Assembly: GCA_963752255.1 (NCBI GenBank)
Contig: CAVVXT010000012.1
Coordinates: 1 to 64,000, forward strand
Direction: 5' to 3'
Length of the DNA: 64,000 nt
DNA from: Nitrososphaeria archaeon
Lineage (GTDB): Archaea; Thermoproteota; Nitrososphaeria; JACIWG01
Made by a program: the position numbers and the translations under genes. Within the stretch, counting starts at the first letter, position 1. Every line of letters begins with the position of its first letter. The notes below the pieces were generated by a model. The model worked only from the letters and a program-made list of their open reading frames with translations, had not been told where the DNA came from and did not search any database. Of the stretch, positions 39,880 to 51,080 are shown one piece after another.

Positions 39880-41462
39880 TCAAGTCTTATGGATTTTCAA
39901 CATCAGTTTTTCGATAAGGCTTAATGGTAGGCTGAGCAACTTTGATAGTGGCCCAAGTCCTTTTATCATCTCTTTTATGTTTTCTATGTCCGCTCTTTTA
40001 ACTGCTCCTATGAGTGAGGCTAATATTATGTATGTTGCTAAAAAGGCTGTGGCTCCGATGATAAGTTCTATCCAGCTTGGAAGAGACAGCTGAGATAGGA
40101 TGAGGTATGCGGCTAGAGCGGAGAGTGTAGAGGCTGAAAGTATTTTGGTTGAAGACACCCAGTCTATCGATGCTGCATAATGCCTTCTAACGTACCAGAG
40201 CGCCGCTATCAGGCTTGGTATTCCGGCAATGAGCGTTGTTACGATTAAGCCGATTATTCCAAGCCTAGGAATCAATACTAAGCTTAGGGGAAGACCTATT
40301 GCCACAGTTACAAGAGTTAGTTTCATGTTGACTTCTGTCCTTCCTTGGCTGCTTATGAGATTCCCCACGCTTAAGCTTCCGAATGCCGTGTAAAGGTAGC
40401 TTATGGCCAAGAGTGTTAGGTAGAATGGTGCATAAGAGTATTTCTCGCCGAATATTGTAGCGACGCCTGGTTGTGATAGAGCCATGATAGCAGCCGCTAC
40501 TGGCACTACGAGGAGTGATGCGTACTTTACCGAGAGCTGGAAGATGCTCCTTAGCGTCCCATCTTCATGTTTTGGGTTCAGTTTTGAGAAAGCTGGAAAA
40601 AGCACGGTGGAGATCGGCGTGGAGAAGAAGGCGATTAGGACGACAAAGTTTGTTGCCACAGAATAGTTTCCAATCAATGCATCGGTGCAATATATCACGG
40701 ACTAGAAAGTTGTAGAACTGCGAAAGAAAACCGCCTAAGATAGATGATATTGAGAGGGGTAGCCCAAACCTGAGCATGGTTTTCACGGTTTCCACAATCT
40801 TCAGCCCATCCTCGTTTGGGCTGTGAATTTTCCTGTAAACCATGACGTACAACAGTAGAACGCCGATCAATCCCGCGGCCAAGACCGCTATTGTGCTTCC
40901 CAGTATTGCTCCGAAGGCTCCGAGTCCTAAGATTACCTAGGAGTGGCGCCAGAACTGTTTTGAGGACTGATTGGCACACCATCGTGATGCTGGTTAGCTC
41001 CATTTTCTCGTAGCCCGTAAAAAAAGATTGAGATGCTGTAAGGAGGGCTCCAGCGAAGACTGTGAAGGATGCCACCTGAATCAGGGGCGTTGTTTCCGGG
41101 CGGTTAAAGATGTTCGTTGCTATGAAGCCTGCAAGAAAAAATAGGATAAGGGAAAGGAAGAAGCCTGAAATCAGCTCAAAGAATAACCCAGCGGCAAGAA
41201 GGCTCTTCACCTCAGACGCTTTGTTTTCTGACCTATATTGAGCCGTATACTTTATCAGTGCTGAGTCCACGCCCCAGTCTCTGAACATCGTTACAAGGCC
41301 TGGAGCCGTCAAAGCGACCATGACTAAGCCGTATTCAGATGGAGACAGAAGCCTGGCAACAACTATGATACCTACCGCTGATATGACCGTTGAAACCGCT
41401 AAGCCCCACAAGAGGTTGAAACCTCCCCTGGCAGAAACCTTAGCCATCTCCGCCGCTTTCAC
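39880..41462 (-). CDS. Wzx-type flippase (locus A) with two +1 frameshifts (~40936, ~40699)
   Basis: Three consecutive ORF pieces are colinear with the flippase at 10706-12274 (KTVLAPLL|VILGLGAFG; FYNFL|VIYCTDALIGNY). Confidence 0.92.
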
Positions 41463-41514
41463 AGTAAAAACTCCTCCCTCTCCACCTCCTGCATCAATAT
41501 TAAAGCGTTAACAC

Positions 41515-41793
41515 TTAACGTACTCTTTCGCTGAGCAGGTTCGATGAGTCTTTCTCCTTTAGAATTTCCACAATTTTCTTCGCTGCGTTTCCGTCTCCAA
41601 ATGGTTTTCCCTTAAACCTTACTTTTATTCCATCATATTTTTCTTCAACGGCCCTTATGGCTTGAGCTATCTTTTCTGCGTCTGCGCCTACAACTCGGTT
41701 CGCGCCGGCTCCAACTGTTTCCGTCTATTCCGTCGAGTCTCTGAGTGTTATGCATGGGGTTTAAGACCAGAAGGCTTCTTTCTGCAGCCCTCC
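41515..41793 (-). pseudogene. wecB: C-terminal remnant of a second UDP-GlcNAc 2-epimerase
   Basis: GGLQKEAFWS*TPCITLRDSTE*TETVGAGANRVVG...PFGDGNAAKKIVEIL, with two in-frame stops plus indels. Confidence 0.85.
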
Positions 41794-41833
41794 CGTTTAC
41801 ATCTATCCAATTATTCTAATCTTTTTTATTCTT

Positions 41834-42577
41834 TTATTTTTTACCTTTAGGTTTTAAGAGCCAGCATTGTTGCCATGCAAAGAAATTGGGGAATTTTTTA
41901 GAAAGAAGATCACTACTCGAAGGAAGAAAAATTGAATCCAAGATCTCGATTCCAAATCGTTGACAATATAACTTGAAATCTTTAACCGTCCAAAAGTGTA
42001 GATGAGTCTGTGATTGTTTAGGAAAATATCCTTTCAATAGTTGAATTCGCCATAGCCAATATCCCGAGTTCGGCATAGTCACAATGACTCCTTTTTTTGC
42101 ATGATCCAGCATTTCCATTAATACTACATGAGGCCTAATTAGATGTTCAAGAACCTCTATAGCATTAATATAGTCATAGATATCGTCGTCTCGAAGCCCT
42201 ATGCCTTGGTTTAAATCTTTAATTCTTACCTCCAATCCCAGTATATTACATTTTTTCTGTGCTTCTTCTGATATGTCAATCCCTTTAACTTTGCATTCCT
42301 TATTTTGAACGAGGTAATTTGCTAAAAGGCCATCTCCAATGCCTAAATCCAATATTTCAGAATTTGGGTATATCCATTTCGATATTGCTATTGCCCGTTC
42401 AACCATAAATGTTGTCAAATGCCTATGATACTCTTCATAATCGGTGAACAAATCTGGAAAATTTTTCATATTTACGTCGTCTCGCAATAAATATAATAAA
42501 ATAGGATAGGAGTATCTTAGTCCGATTAAGTCCACTTTTCTTATGAATTGGATTATTTTTGCTTTCGATTTAGACAT
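41834..42577 (-). CDS. Class I SAM methyltransferase (MetW-like)
   Basis: ILDLGIGDG, GIDIS, DLNQG, EVLEH, PNSGYW and HLHFWT. Confidence 0.85.
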   Translation of the reverse strand: MSKSKAKIIQFIRKVDLIGLRYSYPILLYLLRDDVNMKNFPDLFTDYEEYHRHLTTFMVERAIAISKWIYPNSEILDLGIGDGLLANYLVQNKECKVKGIDISEEAQKKCNILGLEVRIKDLNQGIGLRDDDIYDYINAIEVLEHLIRPHVVLMEMLDHAKKGVIVTMPNSGYWLWRIQLLKGYFPKQSQTHLHFWTVKDFKLYCQRFGIEILDSIFLPSSSDLLSKKFPNFFAWQQCWLLKPKGKK

Positions 42578-42589
42578 GTAAACTGACCC

Positions 42590-42900
42590 TTAAAATATTC
42601 TGTCATATATATCCATTATTTTGTAGATTCGCTTATTAATATCAAAAATTATCCTCTGCTTTTCTTCTTGCGTTGACGCCAAATTTCCTTATAATATCTG
42701 GGTTCTTAAGCATATGAATAATCTTAGAAGTTAACATCCTGTAGTCCTTAAGAGGAACCAAGAACCCGTTAACATAATCATCGATTATATCTCTAGCTCA
42801 TCCAGCATTGAAACTCATTACAGGTATCTCAGAATCGCAAGCCTGGAGCATGCTTGGGGTCATACCATCGCTTAAAGAAGTGTTAACATAAAGATAACTA
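42590..42900 (-). pseudogene. C-terminal remnant of a GT4 glycosyltransferase
   Basis: LYVNTSLSDGMTPSMLQA...PVMSFNAG*ARDIIDDYVNGFLVP...FGVNARRKAEDNF(frameshift)DINKRI..IY. Confidence 0.85.
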
Positions 42901-43076
42901 GTGCATTGTACTTATTTAATCGAACCCCCATAAACTACTTCATGTGTAAATGTGCTTATGAAAAAATTCACGCATTGGGCTTGGACAGGAACGGGATAAT
43001 CTAATTGAAACCGCCACGCTTGAAATAGGACGGAACTTGGAATTGGCCATATTTTCTTCCAACGACTTCGTAGGAA

Positions 43077-44072
43077 TCAGCGGGTCATTAGTTGGCTGTA
43101 CAGCTTCGTAAAGGATGAGGAAATGCCTGACCAATCGTATTTGTTGGCTATGTCTCTTCCCATCTTTCCCATTCTGACGGCGGCCTTTGTATTGTTTGAT
43201 AGGTAGGCTAAAGCCGAAAAGTAACCTTCAATACCAGTGGTGCTCAAGAAACCGTTTCTACCATCAGTCACAAGTTCTGGAATCCCACCGATTTGGGCCG
43301 AGACTACGGGAATAGAAGATGCCATAGCTTCCAAGACGGCATATGGGAGGTTGTCAGATAATGTGGTATGTAGGAGGGCATTTGCCGTTTTGTAAACTCT
43401 GTTCATGTCAAGCCGCTGACCAAGAAAAGTAATCGGTTCTGACGACTTTACCAAGCTTGCCAGCCAAGATAAGTATTTTCCCCCACCCGCAATTAGCAAG
43501 TGCGAGCGCGGATTGTAGTTGACAAATCTCCGGAATACCTCTATTGTCTGCGTAACTGCGTTGAGTCTCCAAGGGCTGTCCAAATTGTAGACAGATAAAA
43601 CGATATAATCCCCTTGCTTGCAACCCAGTGTTGTAGGGTCCAAAGAGGCTGAGTTATCGAACGTCTCCAAGTCCACACCATTAGGGATCATGACATCGAT
43701 GCCATACATGTCTTGTAGGAATCTCGATGGTGAAGTAGTGATATCTGATAATGCGAGCATTGCATTCCAAGCGTGTGTATATTTGAATTTATTCATCATG
43801 CTCATTGACATCCTAAATTCTGATTTATAGTCTCCATGAAGGGTGAATACAATTCTGGTTCCCGCTAGTCTTCGAGCTAGGGCAAGAATAGAAATGCTTG
43901 GGGCGGTAGTGGCTAAATGGAGAACGTCGAATTTTTGTCTGACGAGAAAAAGAGAATGGACGTCCATTAGCTGAACCTGCACCCCCTTTTTCGACAATGA
44001 CCTTAGCAAGCCCCTTGACCAAGTCGCCGTCCCGCCCACGCCCTTGGTGAGGAATAGTGCTCCGATTTTCAA
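43077..44072 (-). CDS. GT4 glycosyltransferase
   Basis: GVGGTA, IPNGVD and DNLPYAVLEAM. Confidence 0.9.
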   Translation of the reverse strand: MKIGALFLTKGVGGTATWSRGLLRSLSKKGVQVQLMDVHSLFLVRQKFDVLHLATTAPSISILALARRLAGTRIVFTLHGDYKSEFRMSMSMMNKFKYTHAWNAMLALSDITTSPSRFLQDMYGIDVMIPNGVDLETFDNSASLDPTTLGCKQGDYIVLSVYNLDSPWRLNAVTQTIEVFRRFVNYNPRSHLLIAGGGKYLSWLASLVKSSEPITFLGQRLDMNRVYKTANALLHTTLSDNLPYAVLEAMASSIPVVSAQIGGIPELVTDGRNGFLSTTGIEGYFSALAYLSNNTKAAVRMGKMGRDIANKYDWSGISSSFTKLYSQLMTR

Positions 44073-46987
44073 GGTGCTGTCAGGTTTTGAATAGGAGATG
44101 AAGTTAGCAACGCCATGCTGGAAATGTCAAAATCGTATAGAGTCTGCCCATATCCAGCCAAAGCTACGTAGACATAGGAATAGTTCCCCGACCTTTGCAC
44201 CTTTAGGCTTGATGATAGATTTATCAAGTAGAATTGTGGATATCCACTAAGGGGTCTATCACCTATATACGTCAGGAGCTGGTTCGCATTGCCAAACCCG
44301 ACGTTCACCCAAGTTCCACTGCTTCCTCGAGCCACAAAGAAAAGTATAGGATATTGGGACAACGAAACATTTTGAGCTAGATTTATTCTGAGCCAAATAG
44401 CCATGCTGTTATTGTTATACGCTAAAGCGCTTGCATTAATGCTTCCGTTGGACGGAGAGATAGTCAAGGTCCTAGTGTTATTACTTATTTCCTGCCCCGG
44501 AAGAGGAATGGCAAATACCGAAGGTAAAATAGAATGGCTTACTTTGGTTATAATAATCAAGTAAATCGAATGTGGTGAACTATCAACTAGCATTACGGGA
44601 TTCCCCACATAATAAATCCGAATATTGTATAGATTGCCAAGTAGGCTGTAATTCCCCAAGATTGAGTTCATTACTCCGTCCAGAAAGTATCCGCCATTTG
44701 AAACGACCAGTAAGGCCAAACGGTTTGAAACGCAATAATTCATTAGATCAATCAAAACGGTTAGGTTGTCTGGAGCGCTCAGGAAATCGTGCAGCAATCC
44801 TCCTGTTGTGGATGTGGCACTCGTAAAGACCGGTCTCGGAGCAAGCAATCCCGTGGCTTTGTCCACTATTGGAGGGTCCGCGACAATTTGCGTGTTGTTA
44901 GGCAGAAACGTGTTAACCGCACTGAGAACACTAACAACTCCAGCTTCGTTAGAACGGTCGATTGTTTCTGAATGAAGAGTAACGTATGCTGTCTGGGACA
45001 AGACCAGTATGGCCACTGCAGCAAATCCTATGGTGCTCTTAAGACGTTTGCCTAATAGGGCTGACCATCTGAATCTGGTTTGCAGTTTCTTGAAGACTGC
45101 ATAAGCGTAAAGGATACCAAGTCCGCTCGAAACTGAAATCATAAGGCTTAGGTAGAACGCGTTGCGGAAGACGAAGCCCGCAGGAATCAGAAAAGGTAGA
45201 GGTATTAGCAACAGCATTAAGGTTGAGAAAAGTCCGATGGGGAGTACCTCTGGTCGTGTTTCTATGCCGAACGAAATCAAATATGCACTTCCTAGAACAC
45301 CTAGAATGAAACACAAGAGCCCTCCTACACTGATAACATCATAAGAAAACATATAAGATACGCTCGGCCCTGGAGCAAAAAAAGTTCCGAAGGAAGGAAA
45401 GGACCCTTGGAAATGAATGTATATCTCTAGCCAAGCTATTGCAGGTGTCAACAACACGAAGAGCCCGAGGAACGCCTCTTTCAGTCGGCCCTTTACGAAG
45501 AGTAGACCAAGCAAGATTATCACGTAGATTGACGCATATAATGCAGTATAGGGGCTGACTATGAAAATTAAGACTGTGACGCCCATCGTCAAAACCACTA
45601 GTAGAGTACTACTCTTAGCAATCAAGAAAACTGAAAAAATTAGGACTGTTATGAAGAGTATTACTCCAATCAGTTCTCGGACGAATTCCACAGTGTAAAA
45701 GAGCGACCAAGAGCCTCCTATGAAAACTAATGCCGGGAAACCAAGAATGAATCCTCTTAACCAAGAAGGGCGAATGTCGATCCACGTTGTGATAAGATCT
45801 TCCACACCGTTATCGAAATACCACCGATAATTATTAGAGTCAAAGACAGCATCTTCATGAAGTAAAGCGAAGATATTACATCTGGAGATATAACAAAGAT
45901 CGAAGCTAAGAGTGTCGAAACCGGAGGTGAGCTAGTGCCTCCTCTTAGGAAAAGATAGCTGGGGTTGAGTGTACCTGTCTTCGCGGCATAAAACCCTCTG
46001 CTCCAGAAGAGCCATGCATCAGACCATGGAATTTGGTTCCATCCTACTAAAAACCACCCACTTACGAACGCTAGGGCTACAGGTATCGACAGCAAAAGCA
46101 GATACATGTAATTTGTCTTTCCAATTGGAGTGATGAATGAGGATAGACTCAACTTTATCTTGGACTTCTTTACGATAACGAGCAGGATAGAAAGAAGTAA
46201 GACTTGGCAACCCACCAAGTTCACTAAAGTCATTACGCCCAGTTCGACAAGCATCCATGATAGCAGCGCAATAACCGTCAAACCTGAGACAAAAACCATC
46301 AGTGGTGACAGTAAGGTTCCACCATTCAATCCCAATCTGGTCTTCAGCAGAGTCCATAACAGAAATCCGCTTAATCCTATCTGCAAGGCGAACCATACAA
46401 AATAGATGGACGCAAGCAGTGGAACTGAATATGCGATTAAGAAGAGAAAGCATAATATGAATATCACGCAGAACAGTTTTGTAACAGATTCAATTCCTCT
46501 CTTCCTAGCCAACAGAAAAGTGAGATTAATGCTGACCTCACAGGCGACAACTACTGCTACCAATTCTGCGAGTTCAAACACATCGACTGACCCTTTAAAC
46601 AAGCCGGCTGTTAATCCCAACAGAGCTGCGAAAGTGAGTGTTGCATACAAGCCTATTCTGGATGCTCCAAGAACATGCACAAAAATCAGAGATATTACGA
46701 ACCAGAAGAGCAAGAAGTTCAGCAGGTTAAGACCGACGTTGGCGGAGCTTGGCACCTTCGTAACCTGCATCAAGTAAGACAGAGCGTTCGGACGCGCTCC
46801 CGATATCTCATTAAAGGACACTAGATATGGCGCCAAGCTGCCTGTACTGTTGATAAGTCCAAGCAACCTGAACGTCAAAACCTTCAAAGGATGTAAATAA
46901 GGTCAGAAGCACTACAACTATTGAGGAAATACCCATGGCCTTGAGCACTTCTGCAGATTTCGACTTCAGAACTTTAGAATAGCTCAT
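44069..46987 (-). CDS. Very large polytopic membrane protein (~970 aa, GT-C-like candidate, locus A), apparently split by frameshifts at ~46889 and ~45759
   Basis: ATG 46987 (MSYSKVLK...LLTLFTS) shifts into ORF 45757-46887 and then into ORF 44069-45805. It has an IPWSDAW loop motif and a C-terminal soluble domain with many N-x-S/T sequons. Confidence 0.65.
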
Positions 46988-46990
46988 GAG

Positions 46991-48124
46991 TCACTGACCC
47001 TCAGAAGTGTCTATAATACGCTTAGCTAATTCCCTGTATCGCAGTGTGAAACTCTCTAGGGAGTAGTATTGCGCGGCATAACGTCTAGGAGTAAAAGACC
47101 CTGTTCCATCGAGGACTTGGCGTAGAGCCGAACTGTATTCTTCACAGGATGACTCTATTGGCAATACGTATCCGAATGAGCGAGGTCCCAGCTGACCATA
47201 GAAAGACCCGGTTGACGACGCCAATATCGGCACATTGCACGCCATGGCCTCGATAGCGGTCATGCTGCATCCTTCAAACCGTGATGGGGTGATAAATAAG
47301 TCACTTGCAGAATAGATCTCTGGCATAGCAGCTTGTGTGACTCTCTCGATCACAGCAACATTCGAGGGGGAATCTTTGACTGACCTTCCAGAGGAAAGTA
47401 TCAGAAATATCAGCTTGGGATTCCTCCGTGCCAAACCCAATACTACATCAATTCCCTTGCTGTATGAAGGGGGGCCAACGAACATTATAACCTTGCGGTC
47501 TGCCGGTAAGCCCCACTTGGCACGGGATTCACGAGAGCTCAATGGTCTGAATCTCTCCAAGTCTACACAATTCGGAATGACGGTGCTTTTTATTCTGTAG
47601 TACTTGTACAGCAATGAGCTAACGAAATCAGAGACGCACACAATGTGCTTTTTTCCCCTTCCACTGAGGTATTCCAAGAAGCCACGCCAATATCTGTAAT
47701 GAGCTGCCGCCAGTGAGTTAGTACTGCTGAGAACGTAGTCCGCAACACCGCGATATAACCCGTGGAAGATGTTCACGGAAGGGATATCTATCTTGCAGAG
47801 ACTCAGATACCATCCATAGATTCCGTTCGCAAAAACAAGGTCGATTTTTCCCTGTCTGATAAGGTTTCGAGCCAGTCTTCCTGTGATAAGAGAGTTGTAC
47901 AACTCAGGCGTCCATTGTCTCCCACCCAACGCCTTGAACAAACCATGTCTTTCAACCGCGTCGCTTATCGTGAGTGTCCGGAGGTCTGTAAACACCCTCC
48001 CAAGGTACTCGGAGAAAACTTCGACTCCCCCGGATAACTCTTGGTAAGTATATGGCGTGACCAATAGTTTCGATCTACAGCTTTTGCTTATCAGCGTTTT
48101 CAATTCAATTTGCCTTATACACAT
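46991..48124 (-). CDS. GT4 glycosyltransferase
   Basis: GGVEVF, IPNCVD and EGCSMTAIEAMAC; the true start may be a few codons downstream. Confidence 0.9.
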   Translation of the reverse strand: MCIRQIELKTLISKSCRSKLLVTPYTYQELSGGVEVFSEYLGRVFTDLRTLTISDAVERHGLFKALGGRQWTPELYNSLITGRLARNLIRQGKIDLVFANGIYGWYLSLCKIDIPSVNIFHGLYRGVADYVLSSTNSLAAAHYRYWRGFLEYLSGRGKKHIVCVSDFVSSLLYKYYRIKSTVIPNCVDLERFRPLSSRESRAKWGLPADRKVIMFVGPPSYSKGIDVVLGLARRNPKLIFLILSSGRSVKDSPSNVAVIERVTQAAMPEIYSASDLFITPSRFEGCSMTAIEAMACNVPILASSTGSFYGQLGPRSFGYVLPIESSCEEYSSALRQVLDGTGSFTPRRYAAQYYSLESFTLRYRELAKRIIDTSEGQ

Positions 48125-48216
48125 GGTATATATAGGACATACGCATTTTTTTCAAGAGACGGCTGTAGCCACAAAGCCTACAGTCACTTTGAGGAACTTA
48201 ACGATCTTTTTATTCA

Positions 48217-49077
48217 TTAATAACCTCTCCATTTCCTAATCGAAAACGCACCAATGAATGCAGGAAACGTAAGAAGGGTGGAGATTCCATAGAATCTGAC
48301 CGAAAACATCAGATGGTTCCTTATATTGTAATACTCCCCTAAAAGTTTACTTGACAAAATACAACCACCGAGTCCTCCAAAGTAGTGGTACGCTATTGCG
48401 TGTGGTTCAAAGAACAGACAGTAGCCTTTCTTGCGAAGTCTGAAGTAGAAGTCTGTTTCCTCCCGCGAGTAGCTACCTTTGTAGAGCCTGCTTTCGAATC
48501 CGCCAACACTAAGCAAGGCTTTCCGACGTATCATGGAACATGAATGAAGAAGCTCCACTTCGATAGACTTATTGGTATTCAATTCAAAATTACATTTAAT
48601 GTCTCTTGTAATTGAACTGATTGAAACAACATGTCTCTGCCCGTTAGGACGACACCTAGGAAAACTTATTAGACGTGGGCCTACCGCGCCAACAGGTCGA
48701 TTTGCTTTATCAAGGCTACTTAAGAATTTGACTAAGGTCAAGATACAATTATCATCTAATACAAGATCATCTTCGGAAAAAAATATAAGTGAACCTTCGG
48801 AAAGCAAAACTCCTTTATTTCTTGAAGCAGGTAGCCCAAGTCGTTTTTGATTATGATATATTTTAATTCGATCGTCTGACTCTAAATAACTTTGCAGTTT
48901 TTCATACGTGCCATCAGACGAACAGTCATTAATTATGATAAGTTCAAGCTGATCATAACTTTGCTTTAGTATTGATTCTATGCTTGCGCCAATTATTGGG
49001 GCCCTGTTATAAGTTGGTAGTACGACTGAAACTAATGGATTTTTCACGCGATTATCCACCTTTAATAATCCTATCAA
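48217..49077 (-). CDS. GT2 glycosyltransferase
   Basis: VSVVLPTYNR, INDCSSDGT, EDD and REETD. Confidence 0.92.
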   Translation of the reverse strand: MIGLLKVDNRVKNPLVSVVLPTYNRAPIIGASIESILKQSYDQLELIIINDCSSDGTYEKLQSYLESDDRIKIYHNQKRLGLPASRNKGVLLSEGSLIFFSEDDLVLDDNCILTLVKFLSSLDKANRPVGAVGPRLISFPRCRPNGQRHVVSISSITRDIKCNFELNTNKSIEVELLHSCSMIRRKALLSVGGFESRLYKGSYSREETDFYFRLRKKGYCLFFEPHAIAYHYFGGLGGCILSSKLLGEYYNIRNHLMFSVRFYGISTLLTFPAFIGAFSIRKWRGY

Positions 49078-50318
49078 TGTACGGAAACAACATTCTTCGA
49101 TATTCTACATTTATCAAACTTCTTAATTGCATTTTCATACATTTCTTCGTATTTTGGAATGATTTTCTCCCATGTGTATTTTGACTCGATTAATTGCCGT
49201 GCATTTGCACCAATACTTTTTCTCTCATTTTCGTTTTCTAATAAGTATACTATTTTTGAAGCAAAGTCTTTTTCGTCTTTAGCCGCGACGACATTCTTCC
49301 AAGGTTTGGCCCCTTTAATTGCTAAGAAGCTAAACAATGTCCCAACAACAGCTTTCCCCATGGACATAGCCTCTAGTACATGATTCGGAATGCCCCCTCT
49401 TTTAAATGTCGGATCAATAAACACATGTGCTCTATTAAGGAACGGTCTAATATCGTTTACATGCCCGGTTACCAAAACATTACTCTTCTTTTTTGCCTCA
49501 TACAACAAATCAAGAGGAAGGCCTTTTCCAACTAGATATAATGTAACATTTGGCATCGCTTTTGTTATCTTTGGCAAAACCTTTCCTAATAACCAAGCGA
49601 CCTCATGGTGATGAGCGTTCAAATCCGCCATGTAAATAATCGAATGGCCGTTTAGGAACAATGTTTCAGAGGGACGGAAAAAGTCAGTATCAACTCCATT
49701 TGGGATTACCTCAACATCTATTCTAGGGTTCAAAGAGCACAAGTACCCTTTATCAATGGGAGATACCACATGAATCTTCTGAAATTTTTCATAATTACTC
49801 CTTTCATAGAGGGTTTCAATCGGGTATCGTGTCATGAAATATATTTTTTCTATGAACGGTACCTCCTTCTTAATGAATACCATATCTCTTGAAGCGAGTG
49901 ATAAACTGTCATTGATTGACAAAATCGATGGGTAGTGATTTTTGGTGAGTTTTAAATATTGAGCTAAAAGTATCGTGTCAAAATGCACCAAATCGATATT
50001 TTTATTTTTGGTTAAATTATCTAATTTTCTTATGAATGTAGTCGAACTTGAACTGAATACAGAGTATAATAAGTGTTTACTTAAAAGGCTCGATAACATA
50101 CTAAGATTCCACTTAGTTTCTTTATGCACGCTTATCGTTTCACAATATTCAGCGAATTTGTAATTATATGGACAGATTAAATCTGCGTTTTTCACAAAAG
50201 ATAACAGTTGAATATTATGTCCCCTAGCAGCTAAACCCTTTATCAGATGGTATGTCTTTATCCGAATTCCATCTAATGGCGGATACGGGAAACTTGATGT
50301 CAAGATAAGGATTCTCAT
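49074..50318 (-). CDS. GT4 glycosyltransferase
   Basis: FPYPPLDG, IPNGVD and VLEAMSMG. Confidence 0.9.
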   Translation of the reverse strand: MRILILTSSFPYPPLDGIRIKTYHLIKGLAARGHNIQLLSFVKNADLICPYNYKFAEYCETISVHKETKWNLSMLSSLLSKHLLYSVFSSSSTTFIRKLDNLTKNKNIDLVHFDTILLAQYLKLTKNHYPSILSINDSLSLASRDMVFIKKEVPFIEKIYFMTRYPIETLYERSNYEKFQKIHVVSPIDKGYLCSLNPRIDVEVIPNGVDTDFFRPSETLFLNGHSIIYMADLNAHHHEVAWLLGKVLPKITKAMPNVTLYLVGKGLPLDLLYEAKKKSNVLVTGHVNDIRPFLNRAHVFIDPTFKRGGIPNHVLEAMSMGKAVVGTLFSFLAIKGAKPWKNVVAAKDEKDFASKIVYLLENENERKSIGANARQLIESKYTWEKIIPKYEEMYENAIKKFDKCRISKNVVSVH

Positions 50319-50385
50319 TGTTCACATCATTTCGAAGGATTATACTGATATAGACAAACTTTATCCATTTTTTATGCTTGCTTAT

Positions 50386-51074
50386 TTAGTCCGTAAAAAA
50401 CAAGAACTTACTTTTCTCACACACCACGTAGCCTAGATCATGTAACAATTCAATGATAGGGATTTTCATATCAGAGCTATGTATTTCAACGATAACCAGC
50501 CTAACACCTTTGGCAATTGTTTTTAGAGCCCCTTTAATTACATTTAACTCAGCTCCTTCAACATCGATTTTAATCACACTTGGCTTATCCATGTGCTCAA
50601 AAAAGGTGTCCAGCGTGACAACGGGAACTTCAACTGAACCTTTACCTTTATGTATCAAAGTGCCCTGATCGGTTAAGTTTCTACCCCCTCGTGTGGGAAT
50701 ATATAACTCCGCATGCCCATTAAAATCGGAAACTGCTGCTTTAACCACTATTACATTTTTAAGTTTATTGATAATTATGTTGAAGCGCAAAAACTTACAG
50801 TTGGATGGATTGGGCTCAAAGGCGAGTACTTTCTTCGCTAATTTTGCACATATAAATGTGTAGTAGCCAGCATGAGCCCCAACATCGACAAACACATCAT
50901 CAGGTTTCAGTGTAGATTTTATAACGCGGAGAGCCAAGCACTCGTAAGTACCCAGCATCTGTGCCTTGGGGCTGACAGGAGGAGACGTAAATATTCCATA
51001 TCTCGTGGGAATAATGACTAATGGAAGTTTTACGATGAATTTAGCGAGAATATTGTTCAGAGCCTTTCTACCAT
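50386..51074 (-). CDS. FkbM-family methyltransferase (start region probably frameshifted)
   Basis: FVDVGAHAGYY, AFEP and KIDVEGAE. The frame is open about 38 codons upstream of track start 50958, and an ATG at 51074 is out of frame by one base. Confidence 0.88.
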
Positions 51075-51080
51075 GTTAAT

